64,000 nt of DNA from Polyangiaceae bacterium (GCA_035063585.1 JAPSGB010000007.1:32001-96000); one strand, 5' to 3'. Shown: positions 26,520 through 35,887, counted from the stretch's first letter. The notes: generated by a model from the letters alone, not told the origin. Translations and numbers: made by a program.

Positions 26520-28565
26520 ATGCGCTCGCTCTACGACGCCGACGAGGCCGCTCGATTCCTCTCCCGCTACCGGGCGGATTTCGGCGAGGAGCTCGCGCTC
26601 CGCGTCTACACCTCGCGGCTCCTGGGTCGAGAGCCGGCGCTCGTGCTCCACGGGGGCGGCAACACTTCGGTCAAGAGCGAGGCGCGCGAGCTCACCGGCG
26701 AGTCGGTCTCGGTGCTCTTCGTCAAGGGAAGCGGCTGGGATCTCTCCGACATCGAGCCGCGCGGTTTCCCGGCGTGCCGTCTCGAACCGCTCCGTCGGGT
26801 GGCCGCGCTCCCGGCGCTGACCGACGAGGACATGATGCAGGCGCTGCGCGGGCAGATGCTGGATCCCGCGAGCCCCACCCCCTCCGTGGAGGCGCTCCTG
26901 CACGCGCTCCTGCCGGCTCGCTTCGTGGATCACACCCACGCGGACGCGGTGCTCGCGGTGGTCGATCAGCCGGACGGCGAGGCGCGGGCGCGCGACGTCT
27001 GGGGGGACTCGCTCACGTTCGTACCGTACGTGATGCCCGGCTTCGCGCTCGCCCAACGGGTCGCAGCGCTCGTGCCGCGACTCGCGGACGCGCCGACGCT
27101 CATCCTCGACAAGCACGGCATCTTCACGTTCGGCGAGACGGCGAGGGAGAGCTACGAGCGGATGCTCGAGGCCGTGAGCGCCGCCGAGCGCGCCATCGCG
27201 CGCACCGCGCTCGCGCTCCCCGGCGCGCCCGACGCGGCCGCCCGACGAGAGCGCCAGCGCCAGCTCGCGCCGCTGGTTCGGGGCGCGCTCGGCCGATCCG
27301 AGGGCGGCCAGCGCTTCATCCTCTCCTGGCAGGACGAGCCGGCCGTGCTCACGCTCCTCGCGCGCGCCGACGCCGAGCGGCTCACGCGGCTCGGCCCGGC
27401 TACGCCCGATCACGTGATCCGCACCAAGCCTGCGCCGATGTGGCTCGACCCGAGCGCCGAAGCGCCGGCGGTCGAGGCTCGAATCGCCGAGTACGTCCGG
27501 TGGTACGAGGGTTATTTCGAGCGCGGCGCGGAAGCCCGCGGGCGGCACCCGACCCGCCTCGACGGGCTGCCACGCGTCATCATGGTTCCGGGCGCCGGCG
27601 CGCTCACGGTGGGCAGCACGCTGCGGGACGCCCGGATCGCCGGCGATCTCACCCTGCACACCGCTCGCGTCATCCTCGACGCGGCCGCGCAAGGCGGCTA
27701 TCGCCCGGTGAGCGAGCTCGACTCGTTCGACGTCGAGTACTGGAGCCTCGAGCAAGCCAAGCTCACGCTCGGCCGTCGGCCGAGCGGGCCGCTCGAGCGA
27801 CGGATCGCGCTCGTCACCGGGGCCGCCGGGGGCATCGGCCTCGCCACCGCGCGCCGCCTGCTCGAGGCGGGCGCGCACGTCCTGTTGAGCGACCGCGCCG
27901 CCGAGTCGCTCGACGCCGCCGTGCGCGCGCTCGCGCGGGAGTTCGGGGCGGCGGTCGCGGGCGAGGTCGCCGATGTTCGGAGCGCCAGCGAAATGGCGCG
28001 GCTCGTCGCCCGCGCGGTCGAGGCCTTCGGCGGCCTCGACGTGGTGGTCTCGAACGCGGGTACGGCGCCCGGCGGCCGGCTCCACGAGCCCGAGGGCGAG
28101 GCGGCCCTGCTCGCCTCGCTCGAGACGAACCTCCTCTCGCACCAGTACCTCGCGGCGGCCGCCGCGCGCGTGATGCTCGAGCAGGGGCTCGGCGGCTGCC
28201 TGCTCTTCAACGCCTCGAAGAGCGCGTGGAACCCAGGCCCGGACTTCGGGCCTTACGCGGTGGCCAAGGCCGGGGTCGTCGCCCTCATGCGGCAATACGC
28301 CGTGGATCTGGGCGCGCACGGCATTCGCGCGAGCGCGGTGAACGCGGATCGGATCCGCACCGAGCTCTTCGGCGGCGGCGTGCTCGAGGCGCGCGCCAAG
28401 GCGCGCGGCGTCGGCGCGGACGAGTACTTCCGTCAGAACCTGCTCCGGCGCGAGACCACCGCGCGCGACGTCGCGGACGCCTTCCTCTTCCTGGCGACCG
28501 CGGAAGGCTCGACCGGCGCGGTCGTCACGGTCGACGGCGGGAACCCGGCCGCGTTCCCCCGCTGA
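26520..28565 (+). CDS. Bifunctional class II aldolase / short-chain dehydrogenase
   Basis: LVLHGGGNTSVK, KGSGWDL, PSVEALLHA, DHTHAD, KHG, TPDHVIRTK, EYWSLEQAKL; SDR motifs TGAAGGIG and YAVAK. Confidence 0.92.
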   Translation: MRSLYDADEAARFLSRYRADFGEELALRVYTSRLLGREPALVLHGGGNTSVKSEARELTGESVSVLFVKGSGWDLSDIEPRGFPACRLEPLRRVAALPALTDEDMMQALRGQMLDPASPTPSVEALLHALLPARFVDHTHADAVLAVVDQPDGEARARDVWGDSLTFVPYVMPGFALAQRVAALVPRLADAPTLILDKHGIFTFGETARESYERMLEAVSAAERAIARTALALPGAPDAAARRERQRQLAPLVRGALGRSEGGQRFILSWQDEPAVLTLLARADAERLTRLGPATPDHVIRTKPAPMWLDPSAEAPAVEARIAEYVRWYEGYFERGAEARGRHPTRLDGLPRVIMVPGAGALTVGSTLRDARIAGDLTLHTARVILDAAAQGGYRPVSELDSFDVEYWSLEQAKLTLGRRPSGPLERRIALVTGAAGGIGLATARRLLEAGAHVLLSDRAAESLDAAVRALAREFGAAVAGEVADVRSASEMARLVARAVEAFGGLDVVVSNAGTAPGGRLHEPEGEAALLASLETNLLSHQYLAAAAARVMLEQGLGGCLLFNASKSAWNPGPDFGPYAVAKAGVVALMRQYAVDLGAHGIRASAVNADRIRTELFGGGVLEARAKARGVGADEYFRQNLLRRETTARDVADAFLFLATAEGSTGAVVTVDGGNPAAFPR

Positions 28566-28577
28566 ACCGCAGCGTCG

Positions 28578-30455
28578 TCAGAACCTCGCGGTGACGTCCA
28601 GGCGCGCGCCCTCGAAGGGCGGAAACACGCGGCACACCCCCGACACGCAGCGCAGCGCGCCGCGCCGCTGACCGACGAAGAGCGCGAGGCTCGAGTCGCT
28701 GGTGAAGTTGTAGCGGACCTGCCCGTTGAAGTAGCTGCCGGGCACGCTCGGGCGCGTGTCGTACTCGACGCCGGCCGCGACGATCCAGCGAGGCGCCCAC
28801 TGGAGGCCGGTGAGATGCTCACCCTCGAACCAGGGCTCCCCCTCCGCCTGCGGTTCGAAGCGGTAGCGGTGCCAGCCCTGGAGCTGGAGCGAGAACGGTC
28901 CCGTGAGCCAGGCGATGATGTCGTAGCGCCCGTACTCTTCGCGATAAAAGACCCGCGTCGGGCCGGCGTTGCTCGCGTGCACGACGTCCGTGCGATCGTC
29001 GCGCGCCCCGAGCACGACGTTCGCGCGCGAGCGCCTCCGGTTCATGGTCTTCTCGACCCCGACCGCGACGTCCCACACGCCGTTGTGATTCTCGGAGACC
29101 GTATCGCAGGTGGTAAACCCGGAGAACTCCGCCCAGGTGTCGTAGCGGCCGACCCAGGCGTAGACCGTGTCGTCGTCGCTGACCGCGACGTCCGTCTTCA
29201 CGCGACCGCCGGTCACGCAGGTGTTGAAGTTGTTGAATTCGGTGTCGGTGTAAATGGACTCGGTGGTGGGCGGCGCGTTGTACTGGACGAGACGAAACTC
29301 GCCCGCCTTCGTGTCGTCGATGTTGGCGCCGAGCGGGTAGAATCCACGGTAGTGCTTGCCCTCGAGGAGCACCGTGACCGGCTGCTCGATGAGGCTCAGG
29401 CTGCCGTAAATCGCGTTGCCTGGCTCGGGATCCTCGCCGATACCGACGGACCGGCGCTGCTGGTGGGCGATCTCGAGGTAGGCCGCGCCGTAGCCGCCGA
29501 GATCCGGCAGACTCATCGACGCGCCGAAGGTGCGGGCGTCCGTGCGGCTCACCGGGCCGCTCGACGGGTTGTCGCGAAAGAGAAACGCGCCGCGCGCGCC
29601 GATCATCACCATGCGGGTGCCTGCCTCGAGTTGGCCCGCGGCCACGCGATCGGTGAAGTAGGTAGTGGGCGCGCCGTCGCGGGGTCGCGGCATTCCGGCC
29701 TCGGCGAGCTGCGTCAGTCCGTCGTCGAAGCGACCGAGGAGCCGCCCCGACGGCCGCACGGTGAGCACGCGGCCGCTCGCCTCGTCGATGCGAAGCGGAT
29801 TCAGCGCGCCGCCGACGGCGGTCGCGTCGAGGCGGAACGCCCCTTCGCGAAGGTGTCCGGTGACGCGCCCCCCGCGCACCGTGACGTCGCTCGAGATCTC
29901 GTCGTACTTTCGTACGCTGAGCACGAGCCCGCGCCCGAGCTGGGCATATACGTCTCCAACCGTCGCGTCGAGGTCGGGCGTCGCGTAGGTGAGATAGTAT
30001 TTCGCCGGATAAAATAGGTTCTGAAAGCGCGTGTCGAGCTGCTGCGTCTGCGCGGCCGCGCGCTGCGCTTCATAGTAGGCTCGATCGTCTCCGGGCGGGC
30101 GGAGCTCACCGGCGAGCGGAGGCGGACGGTGCTCGAGCATTCGCTCCGCGATCTGATCCGCGCTCCGGGACGTGAAGAACCAGACCGCGTCGAGGCGGAG
30201 CCCCGCTTGCCATTTCCCCCAGCTCGCCTGGAGGTTCAGGCGGTTATAGAACATGCCCCAGCGGTCGTCGGCGGCGGTCTCCGCCTTGCCGGCGCGGAAG
30301 TTTCGATTGTCGAAGTTATAGAGCAGACTCCCCGCCTCGGTGATGTCCACCGAGACGGGCTCGCCCGCGAGCGCTCCCGGCTCGAGCGCGCGTGCTCCAC
30401 GCCCGACGGAGAGGACCGCCGCGCACAGCGGAACCACGGCGAGCAGTCGCTTCAC
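28578..30455 (-). CDS. Outer-membrane beta-barrel, DUF6029-like, with a C-terminal C-x4-C motif
   Basis: Signal peptide; GDVYAQLGRGLVLS; YNAPPT; RRGALRCVSGVCRVFPPFEG; terminal Phe. Confidence 0.72.
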   Translation of the reverse strand: MKRLLAVVPLCAAVLSVGRGARALEPGALAGEPVSVDITEAGSLLYNFDNRNFRAGKAETAADDRWGMFYNRLNLQASWGKWQAGLRLDAVWFFTSRSADQIAERMLEHRPPPLAGELRPPGDDRAYYEAQRAAAQTQQLDTRFQNLFYPAKYYLTYATPDLDATVGDVYAQLGRGLVLSVRKYDEISSDVTVRGGRVTGHLREGAFRLDATAVGGALNPLRIDEASGRVLTVRPSGRLLGRFDDGLTQLAEAGMPRPRDGAPTTYFTDRVAAGQLEAGTRMVMIGARGAFLFRDNPSSGPVSRTDARTFGASMSLPDLGGYGAAYLEIAHQQRRSVGIGEDPEPGNAIYGSLSLIEQPVTVLLEGKHYRGFYPLGANIDDTKAGEFRLVQYNAPPTTESIYTDTEFNNFNTCVTGGRVKTDVAVSDDDTVYAWVGRYDTWAEFSGFTTCDTVSENHNGVWDVAVGVEKTMNRRRSRANVVLGARDDRTDVVHASNAGPTRVFYREEYGRYDIIAWLTGPFSLQLQGWHRYRFEPQAEGEPWFEGEHLTGLQWAPRWIVAAGVEYDTRPSVPGSYFNGQVRYNFTSDSSLALFVGQRRGALRCVSGVCRVFPPFEGARLDVTARF

Positions 30456-30457
30456 GG

Positions 30458-31009
30458 CTACTTCTTGGCGAGGGCCTCGGCGAGGTCATGGTCGAGCGCT
30501 TCTGCGCCGCCCGAGGTGTACCCCTCCCGCTTCAGCAGGACGCGGCCGTCGCGACCGATGAGCACGCTGTAGGGCGCGCTCGTCTTCGGATTGTAGAGCG
30601 CCACGACCCGCGTCTCCTGATCGAGCAGGATCGGGAAGGTCACTCCGAGTTTTGCCACCTCGGTCTTCACCTGCGCGACCGAGTCGGGTCCGTCGATCGA
30701 GACGCCGAGCACGACGAGCCCTTGGTCCTTGTACTTCTGGTAGAGCGCCTCGAGGTGCGGCATGGCCGCGAGGCAGGGATCACAGTAGGTCGCCCAGAAG
30801 TCGATGAGCACGACGTCCTTGCCCAGATGATCGCCAAGCCGGACGGTGTGTCCGTCGATCGTGTCGAGCTGGAAGTCGGGTGGGCGGCTGCCCTGCGTGC
30901 CGTGCGCCGCGCCCCCTGGCGCCGTCGCGCCGCCGCAGCCCGCCACCGCTTGGCCGAGACCGAGTGCCAGAAGTGCGCCCAGGAGCCGCCGTGTCATCTC
31001 GCTCGTCAT
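30458..31009 (-). CDS. TlpA-family thioredoxin lipoprotein
   Basis: VAGC lipobox; PPDF, DFWATYCDPC, APYSVLIGRDG; stop 2 nt from the barrel start codon. Confidence 0.9.
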   Translation of the reverse strand: MTSEMTRRLLGALLALGLGQAVAGCGGATAPGGAAHGTQGSRPPDFQLDTIDGHTVRLGDHLGKDVVLIDFWATYCDPCLAAMPHLEALYQKYKDQGLVVLGVSIDGPDSVAQVKTEVAKLGVTFPILLDQETRVVALYNPKTSAPYSVLIGRDGRVLLKREGYTSGGAEALDHDLAEALAKK

Positions 31010-31116
31010 TATCGAACGCACGCCGGAAGGCAAGCCGCACCGCGCGAGCGACCGCACAAAATGCGCGCGCCGCCCGAGCAGAGAGCCCGCGCGGCGCGAG
31101 GGGCCGGCGGCCGCGG

Positions 31117-31800
31117 CTACTTCGCGCCCACGACCGCGTCGACCTGATCCCAGAGATCGGAGCTCGACGGATCGTAGCCGAGCACCTTGGCAGTGATCTT
31201 CATGGTGCGGGTGTCGACGACCATGTTGAGCGGCGTCGCGTCTGCGCTGAAATAGGCGCCCATCTTGAAGCCCGGATCGATCAGGAACGGGAATTCGACC
31301 TGATAGGTCTGCGCCCACCACTGCACATCCGCCGGCTTCGCGGGCTCCTGGTTGGCGTCCTCGAAGAGCACGCCGACGAACTCGACGCCCTTGGTCTTCA
31401 GCGACTCGTACCGGCTGCTCGCGCGGAAATCCGCGTACTCACCCTTGCACACCACGCACCAACGCGCCGACACGTTGATCATGAGCGCCTTCACCGACTT
31501 CGACCCATCCGGGTTGTAGTAGTCCGACAGGCGAATCGGCTGGAACTTGGTCGGGTCGTAGCCAGCGGCCGCCGGGTTCTGCCAGCCGAGGAATTCGAGG
31601 TTCTGAACCGTCGAGCCAATCTCGGAGCCGTAGGGGCCGGCCGGATAGGCGGCGGTTCCGTTGTTGCCGTTGCCGCCGCTCGTCGCCCCTGCCGCGCCGT
31701 TGTCGAACGACTTGCCTTCGTCCGCCGAGGAGCCACCGCACGCCGCCAAGAGCGATGCCAACGAAACGACGCACGCACCCGCCAACCAACGATTTTTCAT
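31117..31800 (-). CDS. Thioredoxin-like lipoprotein (YPAGPYG N-terminal motif)
   Basis: LAAC lipobox; NVSARWCVVC active site; ATPLNMVVD cis-Pro loop. Confidence 0.85.
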   Translation of the reverse strand: MKNRWLAGACVVSLASLLAACGGSSADEGKSFDNGAAGATSGGNGNNGTAAYPAGPYGSEIGSTVQNLEFLGWQNPAAAGYDPTKFQPIRLSDYYNPDGSKSVKALMINVSARWCVVCKGEYADFRASSRYESLKTKGVEFVGVLFEDANQEPAKPADVQWWAQTYQVEFPFLIDPGFKMGAYFSADATPLNMVVDTRTMKITAKVLGYDPSSSDLWDQVDAVVGAK

Positions 31801-32006
31801 GCAGAGAGCTCCCGGGAAAGGCCGACCTTGCCGAGCTTACTTTCGGGCGCGCGCCCGTCAAGCCACCTGAGCGCTTCCCAAACGCTCGACCTCGGGGTAC
31901 TACGCCGCAGAGCCGGGCTCGGTTTCGCGCCCCAATCGCATTGACCCCACCACTTTTTTTTGACGCGACTGGATAGGGCCACGCACGAGCCCCGAGGGAG
32001 TCGAAG

Positions 32007-33377
32007 ATGAGCGCATCGAACACGTCGAGCCGGGGACCGAGGGCGCGCGCGACCCGTCGTCTGCTGCGGTGGTCGCTGGCGCTCGCGCTGGTCCTTCCCC
32101 CGCTCGCCGCGACGGCCTGCTCGAGCGACGACGGGGGCTGCGCCGGGGTGCTCGTCGACGGCGAGTGCCAGAAGCGGTGCGTGGACAGCGCCTGCTCGAA
32201 CGGCGCACGCTGCATCGCCGACGGCGATCTGAACAACGCCTGCGCCGCCCCATGCACGTCGCAGGCCGACTGCGCGCTCGGCAAGAACTGCGTCACCTGG
32301 GGCTTTCCCGACGGCAGCCAGGGGCAGGTCTGCGCGCGGCTGCCCTACAGCGCGAAGGGCAATTCGGGACAGCACGTGGCCTGCACGTCGAAGGCGACGT
32401 GCGACACGATGCGCGGCTTCCTCTGCGTCGGCGGGCAGTGTGAGCTGCCTTGTCGAAGCTCGAACGACTGCGGTGCGAACGGCGTCTGCGACCCGAGCGC
32501 GACCGACGAGACCGGCAAGAAGGTCGGCCGCTGCACGGCGGACGACCAGCCGCGCGGCCCCGGTCAGTTCGGCGCTCGCTGCCCGAAGGGCGACGAGTGC
32601 GACAAGGACGCCGGCTTCGCCTGTCTCGGTGCCGGCGAGGGCGATGTGGACGCCTACTGCACGCTCCGGGACTGCTCGGCGGACTCCGACTGCCCCGCGG
32701 ACTACCGCTGCGCGCTCGAGCGCACGGCGACGCCGCCCTGCGAGGCGAGCTGCGGGCTCGCGGCCGGTACCGGCGCAGACTGCGCCGCCGCGGCCGACAT
32801 CGGCGCGGGTAAGAAGTTCGAGTGCGGGCCGGTCAGCCTGCTCCGTCACATCTGTGAGAAGCGCGAGTTCTGCGACGAGTGCCAGACCGACGCCGACTGC
32901 ACCGCGGAGCCCGATCAGATCTGCGCCAAGGATCAGAGCGGTAACAAGTACTGCACGGTGCCTTGCGATCCGAACACCGACTCGTGTCCGTGGGGTACCG
33001 CGGCGCGCTGCGGCCTGTGGGATCAGGAGCGCGGGATCCCCACCTGCGCGCATCGCTTCGGTGCCTGCCACGGAGAAGGCAAGAGCTGCCAGCCGTGCCG
33101 CGACGACGCGGACTGCCCGGGCGGCCTCTGCATCGGCTCCCAGTTCACCCTCGAGAAGTACTGCGTCGACTTCGCGGCGAGCTGCGACTGCACCGGCCTC
33201 GCGATGCAGCAGAACGCCATCTGCACCGGCGGCGGCTGCCCGGACACGCCGGGCGGGCTCGCGATGACCTGCTACGGCGGCCCGGCGGCCTCCACCTCCG
33301 CGCTCTACGGCAAGTGCGTCGGCGCCAACATCGCCTCGCTGCTCAGCACCCCGCAGACCGGCTGCTGGCCGAAGTGA
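32007..33377 (+). CDS. Cysteine-rich lipoprotein (53 Cys, CxxDxDC-type repeats)
   Basis: Signal peptide ending ATAC; repeats CTSQADC, CRSSNDC, CSADSDC, CQTDADC, CRDDADC. Confidence 0.85.
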   Translation: MSASNTSSRGPRARATRRLLRWSLALALVLPPLAATACSSDDGGCAGVLVDGECQKRCVDSACSNGARCIADGDLNNACAAPCTSQADCALGKNCVTWGFPDGSQGQVCARLPYSAKGNSGQHVACTSKATCDTMRGFLCVGGQCELPCRSSNDCGANGVCDPSATDETGKKVGRCTADDQPRGPGQFGARCPKGDECDKDAGFACLGAGEGDVDAYCTLRDCSADSDCPADYRCALERTATPPCEASCGLAAGTGADCAAAADIGAGKKFECGPVSLLRHICEKREFCDECQTDADCTAEPDQICAKDQSGNKYCTVPCDPNTDSCPWGTAARCGLWDQERGIPTCAHRFGACHGEGKSCQPCRDDADCPGGLCIGSQFTLEKYCVDFAASCDCTGLAMQQNAICTGGGCPDTPGGLAMTCYGGPAASTSALYGKCVGANIASLLSTPQTGCWPK

Positions 33378-33418
33378 GCGCGAGCCCCCTCCCCGCGAGG
33401 CGGCGGTAGGGGATTGGG

Positions 33419-33437
33419 GCCGGTCCGGCGCGGAACC
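33419..33437. repeat. REP-like dispersed repeat copy
   Basis: gccggtccggcgcggaacc, identical (19/19) to 38953-38971. Confidence 0.7.
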
Positions 33438-33449
33438 CTGCGAGCCACG

Positions 33450-33483
33450 AAAAAGCCCCCCGGCGCGGGCGCGCCGGAGGGCT
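33450..33483 (-). terminator. Rho-independent terminator of the 33509-34729 gene
   Basis: Minus strand reads AGCCCTCCGGCGC-loop-GCGCCGGGGGGCT followed by TTTT. Confidence 0.75.
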
Positions 33484-33508
33484 CTCTCGTCTGCGGCTCG
33501 GGAGCGCG

Positions 33509-34729
33509 TCAGCCCGCGCTGCCGTTCACGCTGGCGCTGGCGCTGACCGACACGTTCATCGACGCCGACGCCTCGCCCATGATGTTGAGCGAGCCCGTCA
33601 TGCACACCGCGCCGGCTGCGCTGATCTCGGCAGCGGCCTTGATCGAGGCGCCGACCTGGCCCGCGAGGCTCGCGATCGGATCCTTGAGCGCGATGGTCGC
33701 GTTGAGGGCCGCGGCGATCGCAGGGCCGTTCGCGGTGAGCGCCGCGTAGAGCTCGGCGTCACCCTCGACGTTGATCTGCGCGTCACCGCCGCAGGTGACG
33801 CTCGCCGAGGCCTGGCCGTCGCAGGAGGCCTGGCAGTTCGCGTCGACGTCGCAGTCCAGCTTACCCTCGCAGTGCGGCTCCTTGTAGGTCACCGAGCAGC
33901 CGCCCTTGCAGGAGCCCTCGCACTTGGCCGGCGACACCGAGCAGGAGCCGCTGCACGAGCCCTTGCACGCGGCCTCGCACTTGCCACCGCTGAAGTTGCC
34001 CGAGCACTGAGCCTCGCAGCTCCCCTTCGCGGTGCCCTGGCACGTGCCCTCGCACTGGCCCTTGCACTCGCCGCTCGAGTCCTGGCCATCGCACTTTCCT
34101 TCGCAGGTTCCTTCGCAGGTTCCGCTGAAGTTCGCCGAGCAGCCCGCGTCGCAGGTGCCGCTCCAGGACGGCGCCTCGCAGGTGCCCTCGCACGTCCCGC
34201 TGCACTCGGCCTCGCAGGCTACCGACGGACCCTCGCAGGAGCCGGTACACTCGGCCTCGCACGAGCCGGACAGCTCGCCGGGATCGCACGACGCGGCGAT
34301 GTCGCAGCCGACCGAGGCGGCGCACTGACCCTGGCACTTGGCCTCGACGCTCACGTCGGCCTGGCACGAGTAGGTCGCGGAGACGCTCACCGTCACGCCG
34401 CTGTCGAGCGCCGCCTTGATGCGGGCGTTCAGCACCCCGCAGGCGCCCGCCGCGTCGGTCTTGCTGGTGTCCTCGCCGAGGTCGGCGTTGATGGCGTTGC
34501 ACACCGTGGCCCACTGGGCCTCGACCTTGAGGGCGGCGTCCTTCAGGGCGACCGCGGCGTCCGCGAACGCCTTGACCGTCATGTCGGCCTTCGCCGAGAC
34601 GTCGAGCCCGTCACAGCCCTTGGCGGCGTTGGCCAGGTCCTTGGCGCTGCACCCGCCGCCCACGAGCGGCAGGGCCAGGGAAGCGGCGAGCACGGGGCCG
34701 GCCAGCAAGCGAAATCCGTTCGTCTTCAT
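33509..34729 (-). CDS. Cysteine-rich lipoprotein with a palindromic CxxxC ladder
   Basis: ATG 34729 with RBS AAGGAG; lipobox GGGC; 39 Cys; helical-looking N- and C-terminal regions around 34 mirror-spaced Cys. Confidence 0.88.
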   Translation of the reverse strand: MKTNGFRLLAGPVLAASLALPLVGGGCSAKDLANAAKGCDGLDVSAKADMTVKAFADAAVALKDAALKVEAQWATVCNAINADLGEDTSKTDAAGACGVLNARIKAALDSGVTVSVSATYSCQADVSVEAKCQGQCAASVGCDIAASCDPGELSGSCEAECTGSCEGPSVACEAECSGTCEGTCEAPSWSGTCDAGCSANFSGTCEGTCEGKCDGQDSSGECKGQCEGTCQGTAKGSCEAQCSGNFSGGKCEAACKGSCSGSCSVSPAKCEGSCKGGCSVTYKEPHCEGKLDCDVDANCQASCDGQASASVTCGGDAQINVEGDAELYAALTANGPAIAAALNATIALKDPIASLAGQVGASIKAAAEISAAGAVCMTGSLNIMGEASASMNVSVSASASVNGSAG

Positions 34730-34984
34730 GTCAAAGCTCTCCTTGTTCGTTCCAGCTAGCGGGCAGGCTCTCGTCATGCCGCCAACCGCGTTGGACGGAC
34801 TACACCCGCGACCGATGCAAGGATAGAGCGGGTTCGGGCGCGGTCAAAGACTTTGCGCCAGCGAGCGGCGGGGGGAAGGATCGCCGACTTGATCAATTAT
34901 CAGCATTTTTCGGGCAGTACCGGGCCTCCGACGCTCGGGTACGGCGGTTGACAGCCGAGGAGTCAGGGCCTACGGGGAGCGGCG

Positions 34985-35887
34985 ATGAGCACCGAGAACA
35001 CGAGCGTGAGCCAGGCGCCGGCGATCAGCGGGCGGAACGTGCGCGCGGACGACCCGGTCCCGGGCGCGCAGAACGTAGTGGTCGTGATGAGCGGCAAGGG
35101 CGGGGTCGGCAAGAGCACGGTGACCACCAACCTGGCGCTCGCGCTCGCCAAGCGGGGCCTGCGGGTGGGGCTCCTCGACGCGGACATCTACGGGCCGAGC
35201 ATCCCCACCATGATGGGGATCACGGGCCAGCCGATGAGCAACGGCAAGCAGATCGCGCCGCTCCAGCGCTTCGGGCTCAAGCTGATGAGCATCGGGTTCC
35301 TGCTCGAGGACTCGAAGACCGCGGTCGTGTGGCGCGGACCGATGCTCCACGGCGCGCTCATGCAGTTCTTGAAGGACGTGGACTGGGGCGAGCTCGACTT
35401 CCTCTTGCTCGATCTGCCGCCAGGCACCGGCGACATCGCGCTCACCCTGTCGCAGAAGCTCGCCACGACCGGCGCCGTGATCGTCACCACGCCGCAGGAG
35501 GTCGCGCTTCAGGATGTCTACAAGTCGGTGTCCATGGCGCAGAAGGTCGGCATCCCGATCCTCGGCGTGGTCGAGAACGAGAGCTATTTCGTGTGCGACG
35601 GCTGCGAGAAGCGCCACGAGCTCTTCGGCACCGGCGGCGGGCAGAAGATCGCGGAGTTTGCCGGAGCGCCTCTGCTCGGCCAGCTCCCCCTCGATCCGGC
35701 CGTGCGCGAGTGGGGCGACTCCGGGACGCCGGTGGTGCAGGCTGCGCCCGGCTCGGTCGTGGCGAAGGCCTTCATGGAGATCGCTGATCGGGTGATTACG
35801 GAGGCCGACCGCGCCAACTCGGCCGCCGGAGGGCTCCAGATCGATCGCAGCGGCGGCGTGAATCGGCATCTTCCGATCTCGCGCTGA
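34985..35887 (+). CDS. apbC: Mrp/NBP35 (ApbC) Fe-S cluster carrier ATPase
   Basis: SGKGGVGKS, DADIYGPSIP, WRGPM, DLPPGTGD, ENESYFVCDGC. Confidence 0.93.
   Translation: MSTENTSVSQAPAISGRNVRADDPVPGAQNVVVVMSGKGGVGKSTVTTNLALALAKRGLRVGLLDADIYGPSIPTMMGITGQPMSNGKQIAPLQRFGLKLMSIGFLLEDSKTAVVWRGPMLHGALMQFLKDVDWGELDFLLLDLPPGTGDIALTLSQKLATTGAVIVTTPQEVALQDVYKSVSMAQKVGIPILGVVENESYFVCDGCEKRHELFGTGGGQKIAEFAGAPLLGQLPLDPAVREWGDSGTPVVQAAPGSVVAKAFMEIADRVITEADRANSAAGGLQIDRSGGVNRHLPISR

Noticed and set aside
20043..31800. Selenocysteine recoding in the thioredoxins or the barrel motif
   Set aside because: All active sites are plain Cys (CAPC, CDPC, CVVC, CVSGVC) in uninterrupted ORFs.
32007..33377. Mirror Cys spacing in the other Cys-rich lipoproteins (also 6622-7590)
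   Set aside because: Their spacings follow tandem four-Cys modules, not a palindrome; the symmetry is specific to 33509-34729.
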